The notes: a model not told the origin generated them from the letters alone. DNA of 63,972 nt, filler included, from Collodictyon triciliatum (GCA_043381765.1; 24 parts of 23 records of this genome joined end to end with filler, not necessarily neighbours in it), one strand, 5' to 3'; counted from the first letter of the whole stretch, positions 12,060 to 25,217 are shown. Numbers and translations: made by a program.

Positions 12060-13466
12060 AAGCACTAGCCATGGCATAGCATTAAAAATATCTTGTATAG
12101 ATTACAAATTGTATGCTGTTTTATTTGTTTCGTAATGCAATAATCTTGCTCGATAACCTGAATTATCACTTTACAAATAATATTTCATAGATGTAAGATA
12201 GTCTTGCACTGTTGGTATTCTTTATCGTTCGCATGCCTACGAAAGTAATCAAATTTATTTCATAACTATAAAGAGTTGCTGACAGTAATGGCAATATCCT
12301 GTTCAAATTGATTTTTTACGAGAATTTCTTAATTTTTGATTGTATTTGATTAATTTTTGTCATTAGAAAGTACATCGATATGTTGATTGTAACATGTTTC
12401 ATATTTATGGTATTCAAGTCCGAATGGGTATTAAAAAGGTAAATCAGATTATACATCTACAAAATACTCGATACGAAGAAACCAAGCTATCCATACAGTA
12501 AGCACTCTCCAAAAAGTCATATAAGTTGGATGCCTATTAAAAATTTTCATGTGACTGTGTCTATACATATTGAAAACAATACTTAGTTATTAAGCTATTC
12601 GTCATCATAAACATCAACATCTGTATTAATCAAGATAAAACTTAATAAAATCCTTCAAAACTAGCTTGTATATACATATGTGCCTGCAGGTAAAAACGGT
12701 TTCTACGGGTTTACTTTCTCGGCATAACACTGTAGAAAAACACGAAATGACTTCGCGCATTAAAATACAACAGTAGAAAAAAGGGCGGATAATAGCGTCA
12801 AACAAATATGAGCCCTATGAAAAAAAAAAACAAGAGAATAGAAGAAATACATGTGATTAGCAAAGAAACGAAGCATATCAGACGTGTTTTTGGGAGTGCA
12901 AAGCAAAGTCAGAGTCAAATATTCTTATTTTTTGCTTTATTGTTATTTGCCCAGTCTCTGTACACACAAATATTTATGATACAAAAAAGTACAAAGTATA
13001 AAATATTTATGGTATGTGTTTCCAGAAGCTTTAGATTTATGGATATAATATAACTGTGTTCAATCCGTCTTGATGGAGCACACGACTGAATGGACGCCAC
13101 TGAATGCTACCTATCACTGGACATATACCATAAGACATAATGTTGTTTTGGATATACACCACTAGACGAGATGGCATAACATACGACCCATGCTCGTTCT
13201 CTCTTTTTTCACGTGCCGCAGTCAATAGAAAACAAAATATTATATGGTCGATATCATACAGAGTGAATCATTCGCTTTTTTATTGTCTTAATTATGGTTT
13301 GCATTTATTTTGTTTCGGCAGTGTTTTTGGCTGCGTTATGCCATCTCATTAATAGGGAGCTATGGATAGGCACACGCGCGGCAAAAGCTGGCAAAGTCTC
13401 CCAACAATGCACACTTTGCAGCAACGGTGATGAATCCATTGAGCACACATATGCGCAATGTCCTTT
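12060..13466 (+). pseudogene. Decayed L1/Tx1-clade ORF2 (RT to zf-RVT)
   Basis: Colinear degraded motifs WHSI..SCIDYKLYAVLF (WRPISLLNxDYK), VQIDFLREF (LDFEKAF) and VFLGV (YLG), then an intact zf-RVT INRELWIGTRAAKAGKVSQQCTLCSNGDESIEHTYAQCP. Many stops and frameshifts. Confidence 0.75.
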
Positions 13467-13727
13467 NNNNNNNNNNNNNNNNNNNNNNNNNNNNNNNNNN
13501 NNNNNNNNNNTTAATTAATTAANNNNNNNNNNNNNNNNNNNNNNNNNNNNNNNNNNNNNNNNNNNNTGTCTTTGTCTTTGTCTTTGTCTTTGTCTTTGTC
13601 TTTGTCTTTGTCTTTGTCTTTGTCTTTGTCTTTGTCTTTGTCTTTGTCTTTGTCTTTGTCTATGTCTTTGTCTTTGTCTTTGTCTTTGTCTTCGTCTTTG
13701 TCTATATCTCTCATGCTGACTCATCAA

Positions 13728-15432
13728 TCTGGTATACGAGCTGATCCGCCATTCCGAGAACTCAGACAACAACATCATCGATCGCTTCGCCGCTCTTTCG
13801 AAGCAACTTAATCTCATTGAAGCAGGCCTAATCGACTATGTATATTTTATAAATCCACATGTTTTTTTGTTTCATATATATTAATATGCAATCAAATAAT
13901 CCAATAAATTATCATAAAATAACCAAGAAAGAAAAATACAATGCTTTTTAATCGATGAAATGCATCCAATCATAAAGATACAAGTTACAGACAGCAGGTG
14001 GATGCTGCCATTCAGATACTTTAAGTGGCATCCTAAAACAAAGCCTCACGCCCGATCCTGACTCACAAACATAACAAAACTCAACTAGAAATCAAGAAAC
14101 TTCGTGCGCGACCAGAAGTCACTGTCCACTGCCGAGACCAACACGCAGGTTCTCAAAAGAGCACTTCAGGTCCTCCCGCTAATACGACGCCGCCTCCAAG
14201 GGAAAAACACCTCTTTCATCAGCTCTTTCCTGATCGTGTACGAAAAGACCCTCACCACCGAACTTCAACCAGTCCAAGAACACCGCCGCAAAGTGTTTTT
14301 GAAGCTGCCCACCCAAGTGAGTGTCCCGACACCATCGGCTGACGGCTCCTTGGACTTGTCGCAGTATGCATTCCACTCATGGGTCCTGTTCCACAGCGTT
14401 TATCCCCGCGATTTGGAAACTCTGTTGCTGTCAAAGTCCATCAGCCATCTGGACACTGGGCACAAGAGTCTGCGCTTTCCTTGGGGGATTGCTGTGCATC
14501 CGCTCACTGGCAACATCTACGTGGCCGAAGAGGACCGAGACCGACTTGTTGTCCTAAGTCCCGGCCTAGCTTTGCTGGACTTTGTCGGCTCTTCGCTGGA
14601 AAACTCTCAGGGGCAAGGTGAGGAGGACAGTGGTGGCAGCAGTAGCAGCAGTGACAACGACAGCGACAGCGAGCGGCTGCCAAGCAATGATGAAAGCGAT
14701 GAAAGCCATGAAAGCGAGCAAGAGAAGGCACTTGCCAAGGCCGACCGAGCACAGAAAGCTGAGGCCAAGAAAGCAAGAAAGGCCGCAAACGAGATTGGAA
14801 AGCGACCAAAGCTGCATGGCCCGCGCGGTGTGGCTGTGTCCTATGATGGGCGCGTGGCCGTGGTGGAATATGGGCGGCATGACGTGCTTCTCTTGAATGA
14901 GGATCTGCGCGTGATCCGCCGAATCGGATCCAACGGTAGCTCAGTCGGCCTGTTTTCCAGTCCTTATCACGCCTGCTTCGACTCATCCGGTTTCCTCTAC
15001 GTGGCAGACTCTGGGAATCGGCGTGTGCAAAAGTTTGACCAAGCAGGTAATTATCAATGCCACTTTGGCGGCAGCGGCGAAGGACCCAGTATGTTTGGCT
15101 CGAGTGTGAATGGCGTTGTTGTTGACGAGGGCGGGTATGTGTATGTCTTGGCTGCTGGGGCGTCGATGATTCGGGTCTTTGCTCCAGAAGGCAGTCTCCA
15201 TCTTGAGATTCCGATTGAGCGCATTGGATCCGGTGGTTGGGCTAACCTGAATCCCGGTCCACATGACACCTTGGTGGTCTCAGACACAAACAACAGTGCA
15301 ATCAAGTTTTATGATAGGCAAGGGAAAATAGTCCGCCAGATTGAGTTGGACAGTGCCATGGGCGCGGCTTTTGGCTTGGATGGACGGTTCTATGCCACGA
15401 GTGTGAATAACCACACAATCAACATATACTGA
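13728..15432 (+). CDS. NHL-repeat (beta-propeller) protein; 5' end uncertain, large terminal exon 14089-15432
   Basis: NHL motifs FPWGIAVHPLTGNIYVAE, GPRGVAVSYDGRVAVVE and FSSPYHACFDSSGFLYVADSGNRRVQKFD. An upstream exon-like segment LVYELIRHSENSDNNIIDRFAALSKQLNLIE resembles the paralogue at ~50600. Confidence 0.9.
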
Positions 15433-15859
15433 GCAGCCTCAGATGAGATTGTGGTTGCTGGAACCCTGACATAAATAATGGCGATGATGAACGCCATTTG
15501 CCAACACCTGTCTTGTTTTCTTTCTGCTTTGCCTCCTATTTTTGTACATGCGGACCGTAATCTTTTCATACTGAAAACATGGCTTTGATTTCCGTTTATG
15601 AATTCACCAGGTGATGTATTGAATCTGCTGAGCGCACTGTGTTTATAACTAGTTTCAGTCTGTATATGCTTGGTAACTACAGCGGTCGCGCTTCTTCCCT
15701 ACACACCAAACCACACGACAGAGAAGTGGAAGCCAAAAAAAAATAAATAATCAAGGACATCGCGGAGGCCACTCAGAGAAGACGGCACACGAAGATATGA
15801 TTTCTTTCTCTCTAAGTGGCCAGGCTTTTGCATTCGTGGCAGTAATGTGCTGTCCATCT

Positions 15860-15964
15860 TTATTTTCTGTTGTATAGCCCATTGGAATATTCGAGATATC
15901 CTTCCTGCACGAAGCGGTCGAGAAGGTGCTTCACATAGGGCAGGTTCACCTCCACCTCGCATTT
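15860..15964 (-). CDS. ANAPC2: Probable last exon of APC2-like protein (C-terminal winged helix)
   Basis: AG-bounded exon KCEVEVNLPYVKHLLDRFVQEGYLEYSNGLYNRK* resembles the APC2 C-terminus (L...V.EG.L.Y..G.Y). Confidence 0.5.
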   Translation of the reverse strand, partial: KCEVEVNLPYVKHLLDRFVQEGYLEYSNGLYNRK

Positions 15965-16857
15965 CTTGACGCGTTACAGATTCAGTATTAAGAAGGATTC
16001 AAACAAAGGCTGTTGTTAGGTATATTAAAAAAAAAATTAATGCTTATGAGTGTTGCTTATCATTATTATAGTTATTATCATTGTTATTGTTATTATTATT
16101 GTTATTATTATTGTTATTATTATTGTTATTATTATTGTTATTATTATTGTTATTATTATTGTTATTATTATTGTTATTANNNNNNNNNNNNNNNNNNNNN
16201 NNNNNNNNNNNNNNNNNNNNNNNTTAATTAATTAANNNNNNNNNNNNNNNNNNNNNNNNNNNNNNNNNNNNNNNNNNNNTTTTGTTTTTTGTTTTTTGTT
16301 TTTTGTTTTTTGTTTTTTGTTTTTTGTTTTTTGTTTTTTGTTTTTTGTTTTTTTGTTCTTGTTTTAATAAACTTAGTCAGACTGCCTATGAAAGAGCAAC
16401 AGACTTACCGACAAAGCCTCCAATGAGGCGGAATCCCGAGGCCGCGTAGCTCATCCTGCTTTGTGGTGCGGCGTTGTTTCGCTTCGATATTCTGTCTCGG
16501 TCGTTAGATTCATACCGTGGTATAATTTCCGCATTAGAAATGCATTTATGGAATATATACAAGATAATCAACTTTTGGTCGAAAGTGATGTAAATACGGC
16601 TCAAATATAGGATTATGGATTAAAAAATAAAATATTTTTTAGACAAAGAAAAGCATTAGAAGCACGCGAGACACACGGACAACCAGCGCGCAGGCGGGTC
16701 TATTGCAACCATTCTCTCGGCGCGACCCTTCCGCGTCATTGGAGCGTAAGATATGCAAGCACATTATATCACCATGTATTTTCCAAATAAAAGGTGTTTG
16801 TGGTATACTTCAACAAAGTTGCTGTGCATCATCTAGTTTCAGAAAATTGTGTATCAT

Positions 16858-17974
16858 TTATTGTGATTTTTTGGTTTGTTGAGGATGCTCTTCCCCATCG
16901 CAAGCTGTCCCCAAGAGAACATCCCAGATGCTCGGCCCAAGAGCAGCCCCATAATTAACTGTCTTTAGCGTGTGGTGAAGATGGTGGTGATAACCTCCGA
17001 CAAGACATCGCGGAGAGCGAAAGCCATGACCAAGATGACCGTTGATCGGAAACACGGACAGCCCGATTTTTAGAAGATAGTAGTTGACAATATGGATGGG
17101 ATGAACAAGATATACTAGCTGTGAGCTAAAGTATATCAAAGCTTCCACAGGATGAAAGGACAGACCAGAATAAGGATTTACGATGCCAGATTTATGATGG
17201 ACAATATGAATCTTTTGGAAGAGCCAGCGCGTATGCAAGAGTCTGTGGGTGAAGTAAAAGTGCGAATCAGCCCAAAGAATAGCCAACAGCAGAAGCTGCA
17301 AAAGGGATTCCACCTTGTATTCACCGGTGTCCATGTACCCGGAAACTATGCAAATGAAAAAGAAAATATATAAATGGATCATTTTTACTCGCCCTGTTTA
17401 TGATTTTATTCTATTCTTAACCTTTTTAAATATATGAAACCAACAGCTATATCATGATGCAATATTGCTCTGTATAAATATTATTCGTCAACAAAAGTAT
17501 GCTGGTATTTATAGCAAATGAAGAACAACATTTCGTGCCAAATTAATATGAAAAACATATACTGTGACTCGTTCGGGACCGCCAGAAAAGAAACCCATAA
17601 AGGTATGCAGTGTCAATCAGAGCCGACGACCCACACGTTCGACGCATCTCTTGGAGGATTTGGGAGCGTGAAGGGAAAGTGTTGGGCTGGTATTTCCAGG
17701 CTCGAGTCGCCCAAAAAGGTGCAAATGGGCCAAATAGAATGAATGTAGGGATTCCGAAGATTGCGGCGTAAAGCACCTGGTGTGCAAGGAATAAGTATAG
17801 GAATGGAAGAATATATTCGTACAAAACCCATGGAAGAAGCTGCTCTGTAACCGCTGATATGAATCTTGCGTCTGAAGAAAGGACGCTGAAGACAGACGAT
17901 GGTGGCGGTGCAAAATCAAAATGGGATTCCAAAGCATGAATCCAGTTGAAGTCGCTGAGAAGAACACTTTCCAT
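16858..17974 (-). CDS. Sterol desaturase / fatty-acid hydroxylase superfamily protein (2 exons)
   Basis: His boxes HRLLH, HIVHH and HHHLHH; PYSGLSFHPVE; NYG...WDVLLGT; one phase-1 GT-AG intron at ~17347-17562. Confidence 0.92.
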
Positions 17975-18201
17975 CTGAATCGGCGTTCCTAGTCAGTCTT
18001 TTTTTTCTTTCTCTTTTTCTCTTTTTCTCTCTTTCTCTCTTTCTCTCTTTCTCTCTTTCTCTCTTTCTCTCTTTCTCTCTTTCTCTCTTTCTCTCTTTCT
18101 CTCTTTCTCTCTTTCTCTCTCTCTCTTTCTCTCTTTCTCTCTTTCTCTCTTTCTCTCTTTCTCTCTTTCTCTCTTTCTCTCTTTCTCTCTTTCTCTCTCT
18201 T

Positions 18202-18240
<39 letters not shown>

Positions 18241-18488
18241 TTCTCTCTTTCTCTCTTTCTCTCTTTCTCTTCTTTCTTCTTTTCTTTTTTGCATCTCTAA
18301 GAAAAACTCGACGAGTTGGGTGTCTCTTAAATTTAATGAAGCAAGGGGTTTTTGCTCTTAAACATTGAGGCATATCTTTCACAAATCATGCTATTCGAAA
18401 TCTGGGACAGTTTGCTTGTAGAAGCAGAGTTAAATAAGACTCTATATGATATTTATAACAGCTAGCTGTTAAGATTAACAATCTTTAT

Positions 18489-18711
18489 CGTTTAAGGCTT
18501 CGTGCGTAGCTTCATTAGCACACAAAAGACACCAAACCCAAACTCTCTCAAATTCCTGACTGGAAAGAAGCTTGTTGAATCTGGACCATTCGATTTTTCC
18601 AGTGCGCACGCAGCATTGGTATCTCCCTTGGCCAGCGGGCTCTTTCGAATCAGTGGTGTTACGGGTGTTTTTATCAGTCAGGACTATGTAACTGTCACCA
18701 AGCTGGAAGAA
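18489..18711 (+). CDS. NFU1: NFU1 Fe-S scaffold, N-terminal domain exon (partial)
   Basis: FISTQKTPNPNSLKFL...DFSSAHAALVSPLASGLFRISGVTGVFISQDYVTVTK is the Nfu_N signature. Confidence 0.92.
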
Positions 18712-18988
18712 GTTTTTTTTTATCTTCTCCATTTTTGTTTCATTCTTTTCTTTTTATTTCATTTTCTTTTACTTCATTTTCTTTTACTTCATTTTCTTTT
18801 CTTTTCTTTTCTTTTCTTTTCTTTTCTTTTCTTTTCTTTTCTTTTCTTTTCTTTTCTTTTCTTTTCTTTTCTTTTCTTTTCTTTTCTTNNNNNNNNNNNN
18901 NNNNNNNNNNNNNNNNNNNNNNNNNNNNNNNNTTAATTAATTAANNNNNNNNNNNNNNNNNNNNNNNNNNNNNNNNNNNNNNNNNNNN

Positions 18989-19057
<69 letters not shown>

Positions 19058-19342
19058 AAAAAAAAAACAAAAAAAAAACAAAAAACATACAAATAACACA
19101 GAGATTATTTCGGGTCTGTTGAAATATGTAAGCGACGATGGAGTAGACTTTTTCGATGCTCAAACAAATCAACACAGGAGTTCCTGTCGCTATCGATTAT
19201 TAGTTAGTAAGAAGTTTATATATCACTGCAGTCTTCTCAGAGAAAAAGAAAAGCCCAAGCCTGTTTACAGGCGTAAACGAGATAGAGCTTTGGCAGCTCA
19301 CACCAGTATGAAACCATATATTCCTGGTGAAATCCAGAGATA

Positions 19343-20750
19343 AGGGGGATGTCACTCATGCAAAGCCGACTGCGAGCCCACTTGTACTTTTGTTAAGTTG
19401 ATTTATTGGAATATACCTTGCCTTCCACAAGGAGTGTTTTTGTTGAGCAATTTAGACTATATCTGCATCAGCATCTGTTACAGTCATTCCTGAAACAAAT
19501 TCTGTTTCCTGCAAATCTTGCCTTTTCAACACCTCGCAAAATGACCTAACTGGTATTCCAGCACAGACATTATTTCTAATAAAAAATCACTCTAGCTTAT
19601 CCATCAGCTCAAACAAAATCACCTTTGTTCCACAACAAATATCTGAACTCACCATGCTGTCCTTTCTTGAAGTAGATTACAATCCGATAAAAAATTTATC
19701 CTGTGAATTACTGCTTTAAAATAAGTGACTTAGAAGATGAAAACTAAAGATGATTGTGGCCTTAGAAATCTCAGCAGTATTATATCCTCAATCACAAAAA
19801 TAAGAGAATTATCGCACAGTCCTGAAAATTAACACAGAAAATCATCTAGTATACCTTACAAAAGTTTAAAAGTTGGAGGTACTTTAGATAGAAATGTTTA
19901 TCTTAAAATGCTCATAGACTTATGGATATCAAGATTTAAAGAGACATATGTCAAAAGAGGTCCAAAAGGATTGACTTTCCATCCTTGCTGGAGGGATGAT
20001 AATATACAACCTCGCACATTGGATTGGATTCTCTCTGAATGGTCTTGGTCAGAGGCATTAAAGATTTTTGAGTTATATGACAAAGTCTATCCCAATGCTC
20101 CCATAAAAATAAGTCCAGGCTGCTGAAATCACGAATTTGCCTAGGCTCCATTGGCCTATCATATAACCAAATCACTAACATCCACCTATTACGCGTTCAT
20201 ATACCAAAACAAATCTTTTCACGCGATTTTTCGATGCATTTTATTATCGACAGTTTATTTTACTTAAGATAATCGGATTTACTCATCCTTTATCAAATCC
20301 CTAAGAGCTCACAAAAATTAACTTGCGAAATGACAATATATGTCGTCGACATCATTCCCGTATTATCATCATGAATATTTACATTCTGATTATAAAATTA
20401 ACTAAAAGTATTTCCGACAAACTTGAATACTATGACTAACATCGAATCGATACTAAATTTCAGAAGTAATCGACACTATTCAGAATTCCTCACTCAAAGG
20501 TGCTCTATTTTAGCGGTCTGAAATCTCAGTCCCAGTATTTTCTCTAGCCTATTTAAAACACTTCGATGCTTCCAGCAAACAGCTTCGGTAATTGGGAATT
20601 CTATGCAATAATGCTATCATTTCCCTAACAAATCGCCAACTTCGGAACGCCTGTAAGGTTCAGCACATTTCTAGCGCGGTCTCTGAATATACGTCATTGA
20701 AATCCTTGCTTTTAGGACGAAATATGGTAACATAACACGATGTAATTTGT
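19343..20750 (+). pseudogene. Degenerate leucine-rich-repeat gene
   Basis: LRR fragments SQNDLTGIP, LSISSNKITFVPQQISELTMLSFLEVDYNPIKNL, LGSIGLSYNQITNI, LCNNAIISL and SLKSLLLGRNMVT, interrupted by stops and frameshifts. Confidence 0.7.
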
Positions 20751-21547
20751 GTGTGTCCAGTGGATGCCAGTATGCCATTAATATACTAATTTATCGTAAC
20801 ACCCCAGTTGATGAACATTCCAGAGTCCAATTATCAAAAGGTATTGTTGGACAGTCTGGATTTATCGAATGACGGAGCGAGACTCGATTAGAGATACGCA
20901 CAAACACATATCTATATAATATGTTTACCTTTCTAATCAGCTAAATAAACACAGACAGACACTCATCACCACCGAATCAGCGTGAATATCATTTGTAAAA
21001 GATATACTTGCGGTTCTGCTTCGCAAGAATGTCGTGCTCATGCGCTTCTGCATAGCTTCTTTGATATTGCCATGTATTATTATTTTTTTGAAAAGAAGGA
21101 TTATAAAGAAACAAGATAAAGAAAAGAACTATCAGCGGTGTCTAACGAAAGAAGGTGATGTTTGGTGGTTGTTGCATTAACAGTAAGGTTCGAGCAGCAG
21201 CAAATCTCCTTAAGCATATCCAAGCGACATCTCCACAGAAGCCCATGACCGGAGCCCTGTTTCTCTCCTTCGCTCAGACTATCTCTCATATTATCCAGCA
21301 TGTCGAATGCGTGATGAGTTTCTTCTGCTGTTTTCTGTTCTGGTGCGAAGACTTTGAGAATTGTCAGCGCTCTACAAAAGCACCAAGTTAACACAGAGCG
21401 CCACACACCTTTGTATCTATACATCCCCCAACAAAAGCTGAAGAGAGGATTACCCGCACACGCCTTTGCCTCTGTCTTGCACAAGAAGTTATGCTGTTTG
21501 TTGCAAGTTTTGTCTTCTCTTCTCAAGTGTACTCCTGCTGAAAGGTA

Positions 21548-21584
<37 letters not shown>

Positions 21585-21980
21585 AAAAAATTTTTTNNNN
21601 NNNNNNNNNNNNNNNNNNNNNNNNNNNNNNNNNNNNNNNNTTAATTAATTAANNNNNNNNNNNNNNNNNNNNNNNNNNNNNNNNNNNNNNNNNNNNCCCC
21701 ATACCGCAATTGTGTTGCGGTTGGAAATAATTTTTAGAATATCTTAATGCGGAGACTACCAAAGGGTGGAATCGTGATTTAAATCTGCTTGTGCTTCGGG
21801 AAAAGAAAACAAGATGCTGCGGCTCAAAACAGATTTTGTTGCTTTACTGGTATCTCATGATTTCAATTGGTCTTTTTTTTTTATGAAGAAAAAGTGACAG
21901 TTCGATGTTTCATCACTACTTCTTATCTACTGGGACATTTCAGTAGAAAAAGGCGTTCCTTTGGGGTTGATGATGGTTGC

Positions 21981-23039
21981 TCATTCTTTATCCTTTTCTT
22001 CCTTTTCTTCCTTTTCATCCTTTTCATCCTTTTCATCCTTTTCTTCCTTTTCTGTGCCATCACGTGCATCTGGGTGATCTGCCTCGCTTGATTCTTTGAT
22101 CTTTTGGCCAATTTCCTGAGGATGAGTGGCTATTGATTCAGATTCATCGTTCTTTTCATGCTCGTGGGTCTCTTTCTGAGCCTCTTGGGTGGCTTCCTCT
22201 CTTATGGTTTGTGCAAGTAACTCATCCTGCTCTTTCTGCCTCTGCTTTTCAGCCTGGGCTGCAGCAGCGGCAGCAGCAGCGGCAGCTTCAGCACGAGATT
22301 TATTCTGATAAAAATCAGCAGAGTCAAACCGTTGTTTCTATGAGATAAAATAAGAGGAAATAGACAATTTGAGTGAAATGTAACCCAAACATTATTTTTG
22401 TTTCCATTTCGAATGAAATATTGACTCTATTTAAACAGAATTTATAAAAACAAAATAGAAAATGAAACAAATCATAAAATTACTGAAAATTGAAAAAGAA
22501 TTAACATGGCTGATTAATTTTTAATGGTGCTAGTAGCCTCTTTGTAAGTCGCAACGGGTATCGCTATGGTCACTCAACCTTGTTTTTTCGGAGAAGAAAT
22601 TCACTCCTTTGAGGGAGGCGGCCATACTTCTCGACTAGTTTTTCTTCTTCGGACTTATGAATAAAATATCATTAAGAAAGCGAGCGTATTCATGGTGTAT
22701 TCCTTTCTCAACAAGATGTGGTGTCAATCGGATTTGAAGGTAATTGGTTGCATTAGTATCGTTAAAATAAGCGTTATGGGGAAATATCGATGATGATGGT
22801 GATGGTGATCGTGAACAAGAGTCATTGAAAGTGATTTTTCCGTACCAGAAATGACAATAGCATACATACCAAAGGTAATAAATATGTAAATACGGAGATA
22901 GTATTAAAGTTTCAATTAAGCCGGGTTTGAGAATAAGATATTCTAGGGGAATCTGACAATACTACAGGAGACGGGACCGTGTTTCAGTAAAGGGTTGGAG
23001 AACCTTAAGTTTCGCTTGTTTTTCTGTCGAATCAGTCAT
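21981..23039 (-). CDS. ENSA: Endosulfine/ARPP19/Igo family PP2A-B55 inhibitor (exons 23004-23039, 22579-22653, 21981-22337)
   Basis: Spliced MTDSTEKQAKLK|SEEEKLVEKYGRLPQRSEFLLRKNK|KQRFDSADFY with the diagnostic KYG.LP and FDS(A/G)D motifs. Both introns are phase 0 GT-AG. Confidence 0.9.
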
Positions 23040-23758
23040 GATAGCAGCTGCTCTTTTGATCGCCCAAAGACTAAACGCGTTGAAGGAATCAAGAGGTCAG
23101 GGCTTTCGTCAAAATACATTCAACTCTTTAAGTGTCTTTTTTCCAACATAGACCCTCATGATCGGTTCATTTCTTCTTGAGTTCTTTTTCTTGTCTTCTT
23201 CGCTGATTTTGTTTGTTATTAGTGAACCTGAAGCTGTGGTAGAGTGACTTTCTGAGGCGTACCATTTATTTTTATGTTTTATATGTTTTTTTATGTTTTT
23301 TTATGTTTTTTTATGTTTTTTTTATGTTTTTTATGTTTTTTATGTTTTTTATGTTTTTTATGTTTTTTATGTTTTTTATGTTTTTTATGTTTTTTATGTT
23401 TTTTATGNNNNNNNNNNNNNNNNNNNNNNNNNNNNNNNNNNNNNNNNNNNNTTAATTAATTAANNNNNNNNNNNNNNNNNNNNNNNNNNNNNNNNNNNNN
23501 NNNNNNNTTCTCTCTTTCTCTCTTTCTCTCTTTCTCTCTTTCTCTCTTTCTCTCTTTCTCTCTTTCTCTCTTTCTCTCTTTCTCTCTTTCTCTCTTTCTC
23601 TCTTTTTCCTTTTTTTTTCTTCTTTCTTTTCTTTTTGTATTTATTTCTTTATCTCTATTCTTCATTATGACGTAATTGCATATACCCTAGAAAAGATCGA
23701 AAAGAAACACAGGCAGAAGTAAGCACCGACGACTAAAATCCAGGCCTCTCCGTTCGCT

Positions 23759-25217
23759 ATGGGCAAACAGCTACCCTCCTCAAGGCGCAGGTCGACCTTG
23801 TCTGCCCCGCTTGTCCAAAACCTGGCCTGTGTTGTTCCGCTCCTTCTTTTGACCGTGTGGACGCAGGCTCATGAGGATCCATCCACAACCCAGCAGAAAT
23901 CGGCCAACAGAGCAGATTCACCCCATGGGCAAAACGCGATACGTCTTGGGAGTTCACAGGATATAGGAAGCCCAGCCGCCCGGAAACTCATGGCTTTGTT
24001 TGAGACAGAGAGCTGCAAGCACATTCTGTGGCAAAACCCCACTGTGCCCGATACCTTCTCAGAGCGGATCTGCTTCACGCGATACAGCAGCCTTCGACTT
24101 GAGCGCCACGGACGTGATGGCAATCGCTTCTTTGTCCCGAGCCCATGTAAGCCTCCACCTCGTAATGATTTGTGTGAAAGGCGGACGTGGTATCGCTCGC
24201 CGCCTGTAGTGGATATGCCGCACACATGTAACAGCACGGATGAAGTGCCTTACATCATCATTAACCGTGACCATCCAAACATCGTGAATCCGTTTCACCG
24301 CACATCCCTGGATTTTTTCCCACTCTATGCCCTTCTCACCATGATTCAGGAGAAAGACTTTCGAGGCGTCAAACTATTTTTAGTTGATGGACCACGGCGT
24401 GAGAAAAGTGCTGATGATGTCATATATGCCGATATCTACAAGATGTTTCAGTTTGATGAGATTGTTTTGATTCCTGATCAGTTCAGGGATAATCAAAAGT
24501 GCTTTAAATATGCCATTTGTATTGGATCCATCTTTAACTGGAGCGAGAAGGCAAACTACGTGCCTCTGAACAAGATTCTCTCAGGATATGTAGACTTTGT
24601 CATTTCTCACATAGACCCCTCTCGATTGAAAACACAGCCTCATCCTTCTATCCTGTATCTGCAACGAACAGTGAGCCGAAGAATTTTGAACGAAGAGAAA
24701 ATTCTGAGCCACATCCAAGAAAAATATCCTAATGTGACGTTGGGTATTTGGAAGAATACTCCTTATCAAAATATAATTGATCAGGTAATGTACCAGTTGT
24801 TTGGAGATTATACGCTCCGTATCTCTCTTTCATAAAATCACATATCTCCCTTTACTTTGCATACATGGATAGGCTCATGACCACTCTAATCAAACACAAA
24901 TGCTGATTTTGTAGATTGTCGAAATGAGGTCATACAGCATGGTTTTTGGGAGCCACGGCGCTAATTTTAATCACGCCATGTTCATGAGGCCAAACTCTAC
25001 TGTTTTTGAAATCCTGAATCATAAGTATCAGGTACACATGTACAAGAATATGTGCTCTGCCACAAGCAAGATTTATGACTCCTTCGTCGTGGAGGATGAT
25101 AGGAGTATACTTAAAAGAGAACCACATTTTGCCGACGTCATTGTCGAGCTTGAGAAGCTCCTTGTTCGTCTTGACAAATCTATTGATAACATGATAAGAA
25201 ATCCTCCTTTAGAATAA
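23759..25217 (+). CDS. Glycosyltransferase family 61 (DUF563; EOGT/POMGNT2-like), 2 exons
   Basis: N-terminal hydrophobic anchor; NPFH...D, RRILNE and DQ|IVEMRSYSMVFGSHGANFNHAMFMRP...VFEI motifs; intron 24785-24914. Confidence 0.88.
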
